The notes under the pieces were generated by a model that worked only from the letters and a program-made list of their open reading frames with translations, was not told the DNA's origin and ran no database searches. A stretch of 64,000 bases of DNA, taken from NCBI GenBank assembly GCA_002269645.1, contig NIVC01000059.1:620001-684000 (forward strand), in the 5' to 3' direction. Position 1 is the first letter of the stretch, and each line of letters begins with the position of its first letter. Positions 1-34,960 of the stretch are shown in pieces. The stretch comes from Macrostomum lignano. Lineage: Eukaryota. The position numbers were made by a program, and so were the translations under genes.

Positions 1-420
1 CGAGTTGCATTGAGGTGGGTGTTTGCTGGCCTCTGATTGGCTGGAGAGGTGAAGAAGAGCGAGTTGCATTGAGGTGGGAGGTGGGTGTTTGCTGGCCTCT
101 GATTGGCTGGAGAAGTGAAGAAGAGCGAGTTGCATTGAGGTGGGTGTTTGCTGGCCTCTGATTGGCTGGAGAGGTGAAGAAGAGCGAGTTGCATTGAGGT
201 GGGTGTTTGCTGGCCTCTGATTGGCTGGAGAGGTGAAGAAGAGCGAGTTGCATTGAGGTGGGAGGTGGGTGTTTGCTGGCCTCTGATTGGCTGGAGAGGT
301 GAAGAAGAGCGAGTTGCATTGAGGTGGGTGTTTTCTGGCCTCTGATTGGCTGGAGAAGTGAAGAAGAGCGAGTTGGATTGAGGTGAGTGTTTGCTGAAGA
401 TGGCTGCTGATTGGCTGAAG
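1..420. repeat. 59-bp (some 66-bp) tandem repeat containing CTGATTGGCT
   Basis: About 7 copies of CGAGTTGCATTGAGGTGGGTGTTTGCTGGCCTCTGATTGGCTGGAGAGGTGAAGAAGAG; truncated by the window start. Confidence 0.95.
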
Positions 421-859
421 AGGGGGAAAAATTTGCTGGATTGTCTGGGTACTTTTTAATATCTCATAGGTTATGATGTCTGTTAATTATGTTCGGAAGG
501 CTGTGACTGACAATATTATGCAGAAGAATAAGTAAAACAACTCGTAAGTCACGCATTTTGGGATAATTACAGCTATTAAATAAAATAAACGGACGCTAAG
601 CTTGTACAAGTATAATGATATTAAGTATCCATAATTGGTTACAATCGATGCAAGAAAGATAATTTGTAAAATTTCTGGAAGCACATTAAAACCACAGAAT
701 AAAGAATTTCCACTTATTTTTTCAACAGATTCTAAGAACGGTACAGTTTGTATAAACTGGGGCTTAAGTACTAAAAACATAGGACACTAGCAGGTATGTT
801 TATGAGCCTAGCGATATAAAGCCAACTCGTTGGGCTGGAGATCATGTAGGAGTCGACAT

Positions 860-1704
860 GAGTGGGTGTCGGAGTGGGATGGGTGTCGGAGTGGGTGGGT
901 GTCGGAGTGGGTGGGTGTCGGAGTGGGTGGGTGTCGGAGTGGTGTGGGTGTCAGAGTGGGGTGAATGTCGGAGTGGGATGGGTGTCGGAGTGGGTGGGTG
1001 TCGGAGTGGTGTGGGTGTCAGAGTGGGGTGAATGTCGGAGTGGGTGGGTGTCGGAGTGGGTGGGTGTCGGAGTGGGGTGGGTGTCAGAGTTGGGTGGGTG
1101 TCGAAGTGGGGTAGATGTCGGAGTGGGGTGGGTGTCGGAGTGGGGTGGGTGCCAGAGTGGGGTGAATGTTGGAGTGGGGTGGGTGTCGGAGTGGGGTGGG
1201 TGTCGGAGTGGGGTGGGTGTCGGAGTGGTGTGGGTGTCAGAGTGGGGTGAATGTTGGAGTGGGGTGGGTGTCGGAGTGGGGTGGGTGTCGGAGTGGTGTG
1301 GGTGTCAGAGTGGGGTGAATTTCGGAGTGGGGTGGGTGTCGGAGTGGGGTGAATGTTGGAGTGGGGTGGGTGTCGGAGTGGGGTGGGTGTCGGAGTGGTG
1401 TGGGTGTCAGAGTGGGGTGAATTTCGGAGTGGGGTGGGTGTCGGAGTGGGGTGAATGTTGGAGTGGGGTGGGTGTCGGAGTGGGGTGGGTGTCGGAGTGG
1501 GGTGAATGTTGGAGTGGGGTGGGTGTCGGAGTGGGGTGGGTGTCGGAGTGGTGTGGGTGTCAGAGTGGGGTGAATGTCGGAGTGGGGTGGGTGTCGGAGT
1601 GGGGTGGGTGTCACGGTGAGGTGAGTATCGGAGTGGGGTGGGTGTCGGAGTGGGGTGGGTGTCACGGTGGGGTGAGTATCGGAGTGGGGTGGGTGTTGGA
1701 GTGA
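860..1704. repeat. G/T-rich minisatellite (GGGTGTCGGAGTGG-type units)
   Basis: Direct inspection; source of the VGVGW and TPTPLRH pseudo-ORFs. Confidence 0.95.
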
Positions 1705-1997
1705 GGTGGTTGTAGCAGGCTTGGAGATACACGAAAATCACTGAATCTTAAAGTAGTTCCAGCAGTGAACTAATAAACAAATTACATGGCTTTTTTATTC
1801 TTGAAGTGAATATTTCTCTAGCGGAAGCAACTTTGCAAAAAATGTAAACAAAAAAAGAAGATTTTGTAAGGGCAAATACTCTATCTGTTTAGCTGTGGAA
1901 GACAGACCAGCTGTAACAACGGACGGCTTCATTAGTCATTACTTCGTAATAAAATGTCCGATAGACGAAAAAGCGTCATTTAAACATCTCGTACAAG

Positions 1998-24046
<22,049 letters not shown>

Positions 24047-26408
24047 ACTGTTGCTTTGTTATACTTAGATACCGATCTGGTTGCGCTGCGAAATTTAAAT
24101 TAATATTTTTTAAGATTTTGAAATTCTCTCACTAACAATGCAGAAAACTATTTGTTAGGCTTAAATGAAGCCATAGTGTCTTCTATTTTTTTGAAAAAAA
24201 ATTTAATGGCATAATGATATTTCAGTGCTAAATCAAACATTATTTCCTTAATTAACTAAATACTAATTTCAAGCCTAAAATATTTCACTTTCTATTACTA
24301 GAGCAAAAATCAATCAGGGAAGATGCAAATCTATACATTATCAGACTAGCATGTATTTCAAAATAAATTTTGTTCTGAGTTTTTTATTGCAGAGATGGAC
24401 TCAAAAAATTATAATATAGTTTTCAGAAATTTTATAGCAATTGTATCAAATTGCATTTAATTATAACCCCATTGCATTCTGCTTATAATAATGGACTCTG
24501 CTTTCTTTTATTCAAGGGGAAGAAAGCACTAATTCAAAATACATAGTTTTATGACCAATAACTCATTACTTAATTTAATGCTTTCTTCCATCATTAATTA
24601 GTAAACTAGCTTGTATAATTTTATGCTTAAGTTAATTAAATACGAAAGGCCACGAATACGATAAGAAATACGAATTTCTTATCGGAAAGGATAATACACT
24701 CAAAACATTATCAAAAGTGTTAGTCCTAATATTTTTATGTCCTCATACGTCATAGCAAGTAATGAGTTCTTTCTCGGTTATAAACACTGCCTGCGGTTCT
24801 GTGCCATAACATTTAAATTCTATTAGCTAATTGTTACAGGTGGCACATTCTACCAAATAACGGAGCTTTACAAAATTAAGCATTAAAAAGAAAACACTTC
24901 AAGCTTTCTTTAACGCAAAAAAACTTAATACGTTGCTATATAGGAAGAAGAAAAACCAGCACATAAAGCGGTGATTAAATGAGCGTCGAAATACCAGTTA
25001 AACGCGCAACTGACGCCTTACATTTTTACTATTTATTCAAACACACTTAGCTTTTGCACCAGAAATTAAAAAATTGTAATTATTTACAAAATTCCTATAT
25101 TAAAAACGTAAGTAAGAGTTTCTTCACGTAAAATGTATGATATTTTGTTTTAAACAACTTTTGACAGCCGTTTCGGAAGTTTCGTTATTTTAACGTACGC
25201 ATAAGTTGCCCAGGCCCCTGCAGCGCATCAGATATTTGGAGACAAGGTCTGTTAGGCTTGTTGAAATTTACTTTAAATGGTTGAATGGATAATGTATCTA
25301 TAATAATTTTCGAAGCTCAGCCTAAGTTTCAGTTGAAGCCTCAAAATACTCGAAAATTAAACAGAACTTAGATAATAGAAATGCATACGAATTATAGTGT
25401 AGCATTGTATTATTGGTTTAAAGAAGAAATAAGGAATTGCTTAGTCATGTAAATATTATTTTAATCCAAACAAACTTTAAAACGAAAGCATCGTGTCGCA
25501 CTGAAACCGTTTATTTATCAACGCGTTTCCGTTAGTTACAGGAAAATCTAACTAAAATAGCATTATCAAATTTAAACACCTTGAAGTAAATTTACGACGT
25601 TGACTTTCCCGGTCCCGGTTGTTGGTTTAAAACAAATAATCAGATTCATTCGCAGAACAAATGAAAATCGAGCGACTTACCAAACCCATTGATACAAAAT
25701 ATCTTTCAGCTTTTATCCTACGTAGTAAATGTTATTAAATACAAATGACCAGTCGTCTACCAGCATTAAAGCAATGTCTCAAATTAAAAAAAAATACTTC
25801 AAAATAAGGAAGTGAAATTATTGCAAGCAGACGGTACGGCGTAGTGTAATTAGTGCAGTCAAGATAGCCGCAGGGAATCATATACAAGGAATTTTTTTTC
25901 AAAACATTTTTTTACAAAAATCTGGACACAAAAAGAGTGAAGCTGTGAAAATAAAGGTAAAGATACACAAGACGGCAAATTATGTGTTTTACATGTACAC
26001 AAATGTCAATGATAAATGTGTAAAATCTAATGCGAAATGAAATCGGTAAATTTCGACGCGCGATGAAAGAACTTCCAAACAGTTTAAAACAAACAAACGA
26101 AAGAAGACTGTAGCCCCTTTATTTACACAATTTAGGTATTTTGTACAGATTTACAAATCAGAACGTCCCGACTCTCAAAAACAAGTAATATTCCTTCTTT
26201 TAAAAAATATATCACAAAGAAATTACAATAGTGCAGCAGACAGCGCACTTGTTTAAGAATAATTGATAAGGTGCTCAGAGGGAAATATATACAACAAATA
26301 TATATGCTTCTGGAGTCGGGCGCCGTTGTTGCCATTTTTATTCAAAAGGCCAAAAATTAGTTCAAGAAGTTCCAAGCTGTGCAGATAGACTTCTCTATAT
26401 CTGAAGCA

Positions 26409-27003
26409 CTCCATGGCTTGGCTCAAGCTCTCTTCCCACTCCAGATGTTTGATAGGTCTAGAACTCCATGGCTTGGCTCAAGCACTCTTCCCACTCCAGA
26501 TGTTTGATAGTTCTAGAACTCCATGGCTTGGCTCAAGCACTCTTCCCACTCCAGATGTTTGATAGTTCTAGAACTCCATGGCTTGGCTCAAGCACTCTTT
26601 CTACTCCAGATGTTTGATAGTTCTAGAACTCCATGGCTTGGCTCAAGCACTCTTTCTACTCCAGATGTTTGATAGGTCTAGAACTCCATGGCTTGGCTCA
26701 AGCACTCTTTCTACTCCAGATGTTTGATAGGTCTAGAACTCCATGACTTGGCTCAAGCACTCTTTCTACTCCAGATGTTTGATAGGTCTAGAACTCCATG
26801 ACTTGGCTCAAGCACTCTTTCTACTCCAGATGTTTGATAGGTCTAGAACTCCATGGCTTGGCTCAAGCACTCTTTCTACTCCAGATGTTTGATAGGTCTA
26901 GAACTCCATGGCTTGGCTCAAGCACTCTTCCCACTCCAGATTTTTGATAGTTCTAGAACTCCATGGCTTGGCTCAAGCACTCTTTCTACTCCAGATGTTT
27001 GAC
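26409..27003. repeat. 55-bp tandem repeat CTCCATGGCTTGGCTCAAGCACTC...GATAGGTCTAGAA
   Basis: About 11 copies just downstream of YPEL. Confidence 0.95.
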
Positions 27004-27199
27004 AGAACCCCGTGTTAACACCGATCAATACAATAATATATACACAATGAAGCAGTCTTAGAGCTAACTTCAAATTCTATACACAGATTTCTATACTCGC
27101 TAGTATATACAAACACAAGCATTTAGGCGCTTAGTTGAAAATAAAACTCAGACCCGTCCGCAGACTCTCTCCCTAGACTGACTGAATGGATGAACATCC

Positions 27200-27580
27200 T
27201 CAAGACGAATTGCTGTCATCCGAGTCCCAGCCGTTGTCTTTAATCAGATGGGCCAGTTCGATTATAAATTTGCCCTCTTTGTACTTTTGCGAGCTTTCAA
27301 ACGCGTGCTCGTACTTCCAGCCTAGTGTTGTGCGGCAGCCTTGACAGTGAATATCCGCTACGCTGTGCAGTCCGGTGAGCAGCACCCGCTCCTCAACTGG
27401 TCCAGTGGTGATGTTCACCACCCGGTCGAACAGGTAGGCCCTGCCCTGACTGCCCTGGAAACTTTTGCTAATTAAATCGCAATGAGCGGCCAGGTGCGCC
27501 CGGCAGTGCACGCAGGCATAGGTGCGGCCGCTGATGGTTGGCGACTCCGGCGAGAGGTACACTTGAAAGGTCTTGCCCAT
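27200..27580 (-). CDS. YPEL: Yippee-like (YPEL1/2/3-type) Zn-binding protein, 126 aa, coding region intronless
   Basis: MGKTFQVYL...[11 protein letters not shown]...[16 protein letters not shown]...[45 protein letters not shown] is the Yippee signature. The upstream extension in the ORF track is only the 24-bp repeat. Confidence 0.95.
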   Translation of the reverse strand: MGKTFQVYLSPESPTISGRTYACVHCRAHLAAHCDLISKSFQGSQGRAYLFDRVVNITTGPVEERVLLTGLHSVADIHCQGCRTTLGWKYEHAFESSQKYKEGKFIIELAHLIKDNGWDSDDSNSS

Positions 27581-27639
27581 TGCGCCCCGGCTGCTGTGGG
27601 TACGGGGAGAGGTTTGGGACTGTAGACTGGCTGCTTGTC

Positions 27640-28300
27640 TTACTGCCTGTCTATCTACCAGTCTGTCTGCCTGTCTATCTACTAATCTGTCTGCCAGTCT
27701 ACCTATTAATCTGTCTGCCTGTCTATCTACTAATCTGTCTGCCAGTCTATCTACCAATCTGTCTGCCTGTCTATCTACCAATCTGTCTGCCTGTCTATCT
27801 ACTAATCTGTCTGCCTGTCTATCTACTAATCTGTCTGCCAGTCTATCTACCAATCTGTCTGCCTGTCTATCTACTAATCTGTCTGCCTGTCTATCTACTA
27901 ATCTGTCTGCCAGTCTATCTAACAATCTGTCTGCCTGTCTATCTACCAATCTGTCTGCCAGTCTATCTACTAATCTGTCTGCCAGTCTATCTACCAATCT
28001 GTCTGCCTGTCTATCTACTAATCTGTCTGCCTGTCTATCTACTAATCTGTCTGCCAGTCTATCTACCAATCTGTCTGCCTGTCTATCTACTAATCTGTCT
28101 GCCAGTCTATCTACCAATCTGTCTGCCTGTCTATCTACTAATCTGTCTGCCAGTCTATCTACCAATCTGTCTGCCTGTGTATCTACTAATCTGTCTGCCA
28201 GTCTATCTACCAATCTGTCTGCCTGTGTATCTACCAATCTGCCTATCTACAAAAAATCTGCTTGTCTATCTACCAATCTGCATGTAGATCTACAAATCTG
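27640..28300. repeat. 24-bp repeat CTATCTAC(T/C)AATCTGTCTGCC(T/A)GT
   Basis: Upstream of the YPEL ATG, probably within a 5' UTR intron (acceptor ctacag at 27622-27620). Confidence 0.93.
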
Positions 28301-29694
28301 TCTACCTACCAACCCACCTGTCTATGTACCAATTAGCCTGTCTATCTACCAATCTGTGTTGTATCTACATAACTATATATTTGCTGCGAGCCCACCTTAA
28401 CATCTCTTAAACTAAGAAACAGACCCCACAAAAAGCAAAACAGGTACTAAAGCACACACATAAGTAAGATACGGTACATATCTAGATACCATACATATAA
28501 CAATATGAAGCCAGATGACCCTGTTGTTACTTACCAATTTAGTATTAAAGAAGAAAGAAATTGGGCTGCTACGCGAGCTTTATTACTGAACTATATAGCT
28601 AGCCTTCAAGCTTGAATAAGGCAGGTTAGGTAGGCAAAAGGTACCTCGCTCGCGGTGGTACTGCGGCCAGCTTAAAACATTGTAATAATAAGGTAAGCAA
28701 GCCTAGCATTATATAGTACAGTCCAGTCCAAGGCCAGTGAGGACAGGGTGGGTGAGTGTGGCAAGAGAGAAGTTGCCGGGGTAAACAGAAAAACAGCGGC
28801 GCTGGCTTCAGGGCAGATAGAGAGAATGTACGCGCTCAAGTGTACACTCTGACTTGTACAACTTTAACCGCCAGGGTCGGACGCCCTAGCAACAGCAGAT
28901 TAGGAAAGGACAGAGAAGCGCTAAGGGATAGAGAAGCGGCTGTACAACTTGCGCTCTCCCCACCCCATCATAGATATGTCCTCATTTGCGCGAGAGAAAT
29001 CAGCTGACTAGAGGGGAGATCAGTCAGCTAGTCTAAAAATAGATCCTTAATAATAAAAACGGAGGGAAAGAGAAGCAACCCAAGCTAACAACAAGTTCTT
29101 TTATGAAGTTCTAGTCACGTGATTTATAAGATCGATCGAAAAGAAGGACGAACTGTTGGAAAGCTCCATTCATAACACTCATAGGAGTCGATCCCGTGAC
29201 TGTGAACAACACAGTAAACTGTAAACACGCGCAGTCTTATCAATACGGAGGAGAGATGAAAGTGGAAATCATTTCTGACTGACCGAACGAACAACCGAAT
29301 GACCTTTCAGTGTGCCCTGCGATCTACTAACAGGAATTTGTATTTTTCCTCATCCGCACAAAAGTACTTTCCGCTTTAGGCAGAGAAATTAGATATGTCA
29401 GGCATGGGAGGCAGTGACAGACAAGAACAATATCCCAAACTTAAGCAACCTGCCAACCTGCCCGTGTCCTTAACTCTACAACAATAACATTTAAAAACAG
29501 TAATAAAGACAATATTTTTAATCAACAAAATTCAGCATAGCTTTATAAGTCGATGAATTACATTGACCCTTAAAAATTTTTTTTAATAACAGATTTATTT
29601 ATGAAACATGAAGTTATGAAGACATGACCTTTAAATAGGAACTTAAACATTCATTTGCATAAAAAACCTAAGTAGAGGCTATTGCCATAATGAC

Positions 29695-29749
<55 letters not shown>

Positions 29750-29954
29750 GTGTCTGTCTGTGTGTCTGTCTGTCTGCCTGTCTGTCTGCCTGTCTGTGTG
29801 TCTGTCTGTGTGTCTGTGTGTCTGTCTGTCTGTCTGTGTGTCTGTCTGTCTGTCTGTCTGAGTGTCTGTCTGTGTGTCTGTCTGTCTGCCTGTCTGTCTG
29901 TCTGTGTGTCTGTCTGTCTGCCTGTCTGTGTGTCTGTCTGTGTGTCTGTCTGCC

Positions 29955-29985
<31 letters not shown>

Positions 29986-29986
29986 G

Positions 29987-30019
<33 letters not shown>

Positions 30020-30026
30020 GCCTGCC

Positions 30027-30061
<35 letters not shown>

Positions 30062-30062
30062 G
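29695..30062. repeat. (TCTG)n/(GACA)n microsatellite with TGTG and CCTG variants
   Basis: Direct inspection. Confidence 0.97.
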
Positions 30063-30178
30063 CATCACCTATCTATCTACCCATCTAAACCAAAAATGCA
30101 GTCAATAATTGTTATATTCCTATTAACCTCAGCAAAACCAATCGCATGGTGGCACAAGCCAGCAGGTCAGCCAGCAGG

Positions 30179-33100
30179 TCAGAAGGCGTCTTGCCGGTTT
30201 TTGATGTACTGCTGGTTCCAGCGGTAGCGCGGGAAGCTGCTGTAGTCCGCCACGAACCTGGGCAGCGGCTTGCTCCAGCCGCCCTCGCCAGGCCAGGTGT
30301 ACAAATAGCTGCGAATATCGTAATTGACAGGATAGGGAGCTGTGCAGTCGAACCGGGGAGTATAGAATTTTATCCGGCGACCGAATCTGATGGAGGTGAA
30401 TGGGGTGGCAGGTGCGAACTTGATATTTTGATGATATTAAAGCCTCGTTGATAGGGATAAAAATAAGAAAACTTGCACTGATGGTGAGTGCAATCCCAAA
30501 ATACGAACCGAATGGGATCGCAATCCTTAGATCATTATCAGCTTCGATAATCCCTTAGTCTAACCTGCTACGATTTTATTCCTAAATGTCCTAATCAACT
30601 ACGATAATCCCTAATTACCAATCAGCTGCGACAATCCCTAAATCCCAACCAGCTAACGATAATCCCTTAATCCTAATCAGCTACGATAATCCCTAAATCC
30701 TAATCAGGTACAATAATCACTTAATCCCAATCTGCTACGATAAGCTCTAAATCCTAATCAGGTACGATAATCCCTAAATCTCAATCAGCTACGATAATCA
30801 CTAAATCCCAATCAGCTACGATAATCCCTAAATCCCTAAATACTAATCAGCTACGATAATCCCTAAATCCCAATCAGCTACGATAATCCCTAAATCCCTA
30901 AATATTAATCAGCTACGATAATCCCTAAATCCCAATCAGCTACGATAATCCCTAAATCCCAATCAGCTACGATAATCCCTAAATCCCAATCAGCTACGAT
31001 AATCCCTAAATCCAAATCAGCTACGATAATCCCTAAATCCCAATCAGCTACGATAATCCCTAAATCCCAATCAGCTACGATAATCCCTAAATCCCAATCA
31101 GCTACGATAATCCCTAAATCCCAATCAGCTACGATAATCCCTAAATCCCAATCAGCTACGATAATCACTAAATCCCAATCAGCTACGATAATCCCTAAAT
31201 CCCAATCAACTATGATAATCCCTAAATCCGAATCAGCTACGATAACCCCTAAATCCCTAAATCCCAATCTGCTACGATAATCCCTAAATCCCAATCAGCT
31301 ATGATAATCCCTTAATCCCAATCAGCTACGATAATCCTTAAATCCCAATCAGCTATGATAATCCCTAAATCCCAATCAGCTATGATAATCCCTTAATCCC
31401 AATCAGCTACGATAATCCCTAAATCCCAATCAGCTATGATAATCCCTAAATCCCAATCAGCTATGATAATCCCTTAATCCCAATCAGCTACGATAATCCC
31501 TAAATCCAAATCAGCTATGATAATCCCTAAATCCCAATCAGCTATGATAATCCCTTAATCCCAATCAGCTACGATAATCTCTAAATCCAAATCAGCAAAC
31601 AATAAATCGCCCCACCCCAAAAAAACAGCGGCTTACCTATCGCCCTTCTTCTGCCTGAATCCACTTCTCTGTTTAATACCATATCGCCGTTTCTCATTGA
31701 AACTTTTAAACTTTTCCCTGGCACTGCCGGACACCTGGCCGACCATGACGGTGCAGTGCTGGCTGATTATCATCTCCTGTTTAGACGGTGTCACAACCAG
31801 AGCTTTGCCGTCGGGCAGAGCTCGCACATAAGTGGCCGAAGTGCCGCCTTCGACAGCAAGTTTGGCGCCTTCGCCGGGCTTCTGCTCAATGCAGCTAATC
31901 GTGCTGCCAACTGGCAATGCGCCAATAGGATAAGCGTCCCCAGGCTTGGGATTGGCCACTGGCACGTCCGGGATGAATTGACGCGGATGCGAGGTGGTGA
32001 AATCGCCTACTTGCATCTCGGCGCCGGCGATAATCCAGCGTTTTCGTTCGCCGTTGCCAACCAGGGCAATCAAGTGGCGACGCCAAAAATTTTTGTGCAG
32101 GAAGAAAACTTCTTCTACTAGAGGCTCGCCAGTGTTGTCGAGGCCGTTGCGAACCAAGTCAACCCAGAAGGTGGGCAGGCGGAGGCCGCCTGACACGTGT
32201 TTTAGCCAGATACGGCCAAATGGGCCGCGACCGCCTGTGCGCACCTGTGTGATTGACAGGTGGGGTTCTGATTGCAGTGATTGACAGATAGGGTTCTGAT
32301 TGCAGTGATTGACAGGTTGGGTTCTGATTGCAGTGATTGACAGGTTGGGTTCTGATTGCAGTGATTGACAGGTTGGGTTCTGATTTCAGTGATTGACAGG
32401 TTGGATTCTGATTGCAGTGATTGACAGGTTGGGTTCTGATTGCAGTGATTGACAGGTGGGGTTCTGACTGCAGTGATTGACAGGTTGGATTCTGATTGCA
32501 GTGATTGACAGGTTGGGTTCTGATTGCAGTGATTGACAGGTGGGGTTCTGATTGCAGTGATTGACAGGTGGGGTTCTGATTGCAGTGATTGACAGGTGGG
32601 GTTCTGATTGCAGTGATTGACAGGTGGGGTTCTGATTGCAGTGATTGACAGGTGGGATTCTGATTGCAGTGATTGACAGGTTGGATTCTGATTGCAGTGA
32701 TTGACAGGTTGGGTTCTGATTGCAGTGATTGACAGGTTGGATTCTGATTGCAGTGATTGACAGGTGGGGTTCTGATTGCAGTGATTGACAGGTGGGGTTC
32801 TGATTGCAGTGATTGACAGGTTGGGTTCTGACTGCAGTGATTGACAGGTTGGGTTCTGATTGCAGTGATTGACAGGTTGGATTCTGATTGCAGTGATTGA
32901 CAGGTGGGGTTCTGACTGCAGTGATTGACAGGTGAGATTCTGACTGCAGCGATTGACAGGTGGGATTCTGATTGCAGTGATTGACAGGTGAGATTCTAAT
33001 TGCCGTGATTGACAGGTGAGATTCTGACTGCAGCGATTGACAGGTGGAATTCTGATTGCAGTGATTGACAGGTGAGATTCTGATTGCAGTGATTGACAGG

Positions 33101-34960
33101 TGAGATTCTGACTGCAGCGATTGACAGGTGGGATTCTGACTGCAGTGATTGACAGGTGGGGTTCTGATTGCAGTGATTGACAGGTGAGATTCTGACTGCA
33201 GCGATTGACAGGTGGGATTCTGATTGCAGTGATTGACAGGTGAGATTCTGACTGCAGCGATTGACAGGTGGGATTCTGATTGCAGTGATTGACAGGTGGG
33301 GTTCTGATTGTCAGGTTAGCAGATGGGATTTTTGTTAGGTGAGATCAGCCGGTGGGATTATTCCTCTGTAGATTCTGTCGATTAAAAAGCATCTAGATTT
33401 AAATAACTTTCAGACGCAGCCCCAGACTCCACACAAGCAACAGCATGCACAGGGTACAGTGCATGCGAGAGACTATTGCAATAGCAAGACTATATAAAGT
33501 ACGTTTTCTTTTTCAAATTTTCTGCTAAACAGAGCTCTGTCTGTCCTTACGTTTGCTAGCTCGTATCGTTGAAAAAAAGTTCTAATTAAAGACAACCTGC
33601 GAAGACAGACAAACTAGTCAAGTCTAGAAATTTCTAGTTGAATATATTCTTTGCAAAAAAAGCATGAGAATGGTTGGTCTGAAGAGGAACAGCAGAAATT
33701 AATGCCTAGTTAAATTCTCTCTCGAGTCTTGGCCTGGATGGCGCTGATGACACAGGGGGGGGGGGGGCAGAAGCAGCTCTTGCACCCCTGGTTTCATTCT
33801 ACATTCGTTTGGGGCTTGAGTGCAGATTCACAGCCACGAGGGCCAGCCCCCCAATGCACAGAGAGCGTACATGCCCGACGATTAGAAAGTCAAATCGCAG
33901 CTGTACATGTTTGATCAAAATAATACAAAAAAATAAGCGTCGTTAATGCAAGTCGTGGTTTTAGGTCACATTGGCCTGAGCTGTGTATTTAATCCACAGA
34001 TAGTTAAACTAGCTTGTATACATTTAATTCTACCCATTTTTTATCACTGCTTTCAGGGTCCCGCAACGCAGAGTGAAAAACACGCCCAACTATAATAACG
34101 AGACTAAAGACAATTCAGCACATTTTTTAATTTAGTTAGTTGTTTCTTTATCTTTACCAAGGTTGTTACATATACCAACTATCAAGATAAAAACATGTTT
34201 ATACAATTTTGCTAAGAGCCTGGCTAAGCACGAGATGAGATACTTTTTATTTATGGCTGTTTATTTATAGACTCTTAATAGATAAAAAAATAGTACACTT
34301 TTTTCTATACCAAAATATACCACGCTAAACTCAGAATTCTAATTCAGCTAAAATCCTAACTTCTAATAAAGTACACAGGGCACTTAAAATAGGAATCCAA
34401 AACTTAAGAGCTACCTCAAACTCCGTTGGCTTCAAAGGAGCCACACTCAAAACTGGAACCCCTCACTCAAAACTGGAAACTGGAACCTCACTCAAAACTG
34501 GAACCCCTCACTCAAAACTGGAACCCCTCACTTACCTAATACTGCAACGAGGAACCCCACAAATCCAAATGGAAATCAAACACACTGAAGACGAACCCCA
34601 AGACTGAAAAATCCAGCACCCAAGTAGGAAACTTAAACTTCAAACTGAAAACCCACACTATAAAGTCACACCTTACAGAACCCCACATTTAGATAGGTTG
34701 GCACAGTGAGAACCCAATTAATATCCAATAAAACAGACCTGCGGCAGCGCCTCAGTCGTGTAGGGAATATCTGCAAGCCCAGCCTGCTCCTCAGCCCAAC
34801 GAAAGCTTGGCCGATGCTTGAATACGATGCCTTTCTGCTTGAGCCAAGCTGGACTGGTGTGCAATCCAGACACCACAGCGGGTGTGGCCCTTCCGCCAAG
34901 AGACACAGCTTGTAGGCAGCGGCAAATCTGCTGCAAATACAAGGCTGAATTGCTGAGCAT
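30179..34960 (-). CDS. MRPL2: Mitochondrial ribosomal protein L2 (uL2m), 3 exons, about 345 aa
   Basis: Exons 34739-34960 (presequence-like, ends PYTTEALPQ), 31637-32244 ([11 protein letters not shown]...[14 protein letters not shown]...[12 protein letters not shown]...EQKPGEGAK) and 30179-30386 (RFGRRIK...DAF*). Phases 0 and 2 are consistent. Confidence 0.92.
30520..31600. repeat. 27-bp minisatellite AATCAGCTACGATAATCCCTAAATCCC
   Basis: mrpl2 intron 30387-31636. Confidence 0.96.
32250..33310. repeat. 28-bp minisatellite TTCTGATTGCAGTGATTGACAGGTTGGG
   Basis: About 37 copies in mrpl2 intron 32245-34738, abutting the acceptor. Confidence 0.97.

Noticed and set aside
26132-26335. ORF MATTAPDSR... 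and an adjacent GTTGCCAT half X-box
   Set aside because: AT-rich, non-coding-like composition after the first few codons, and only half of the palindrome is present.
26409-27003. CRISPR-like appearance of the regular 25-59 bp arrays
   Set aside because: Units are contiguous with no unique spacers, there are no cas genes, and the context is eukaryotic.
28520-29300. Possible solo LTR
   Set aside because: No convincing TG...CA ends with TSD and no second copy; more likely YPEL leader or promoter sequence.
30146-30451. Plus-strand GC-rich ORFs antisense to real exons (also 12000-12258, 16512-16966, 20061-20683, 21524-21872, 31756-32284, 43059-43631)
   Set aside because: They are shadows of coding exons on the opposite strand or in another frame.
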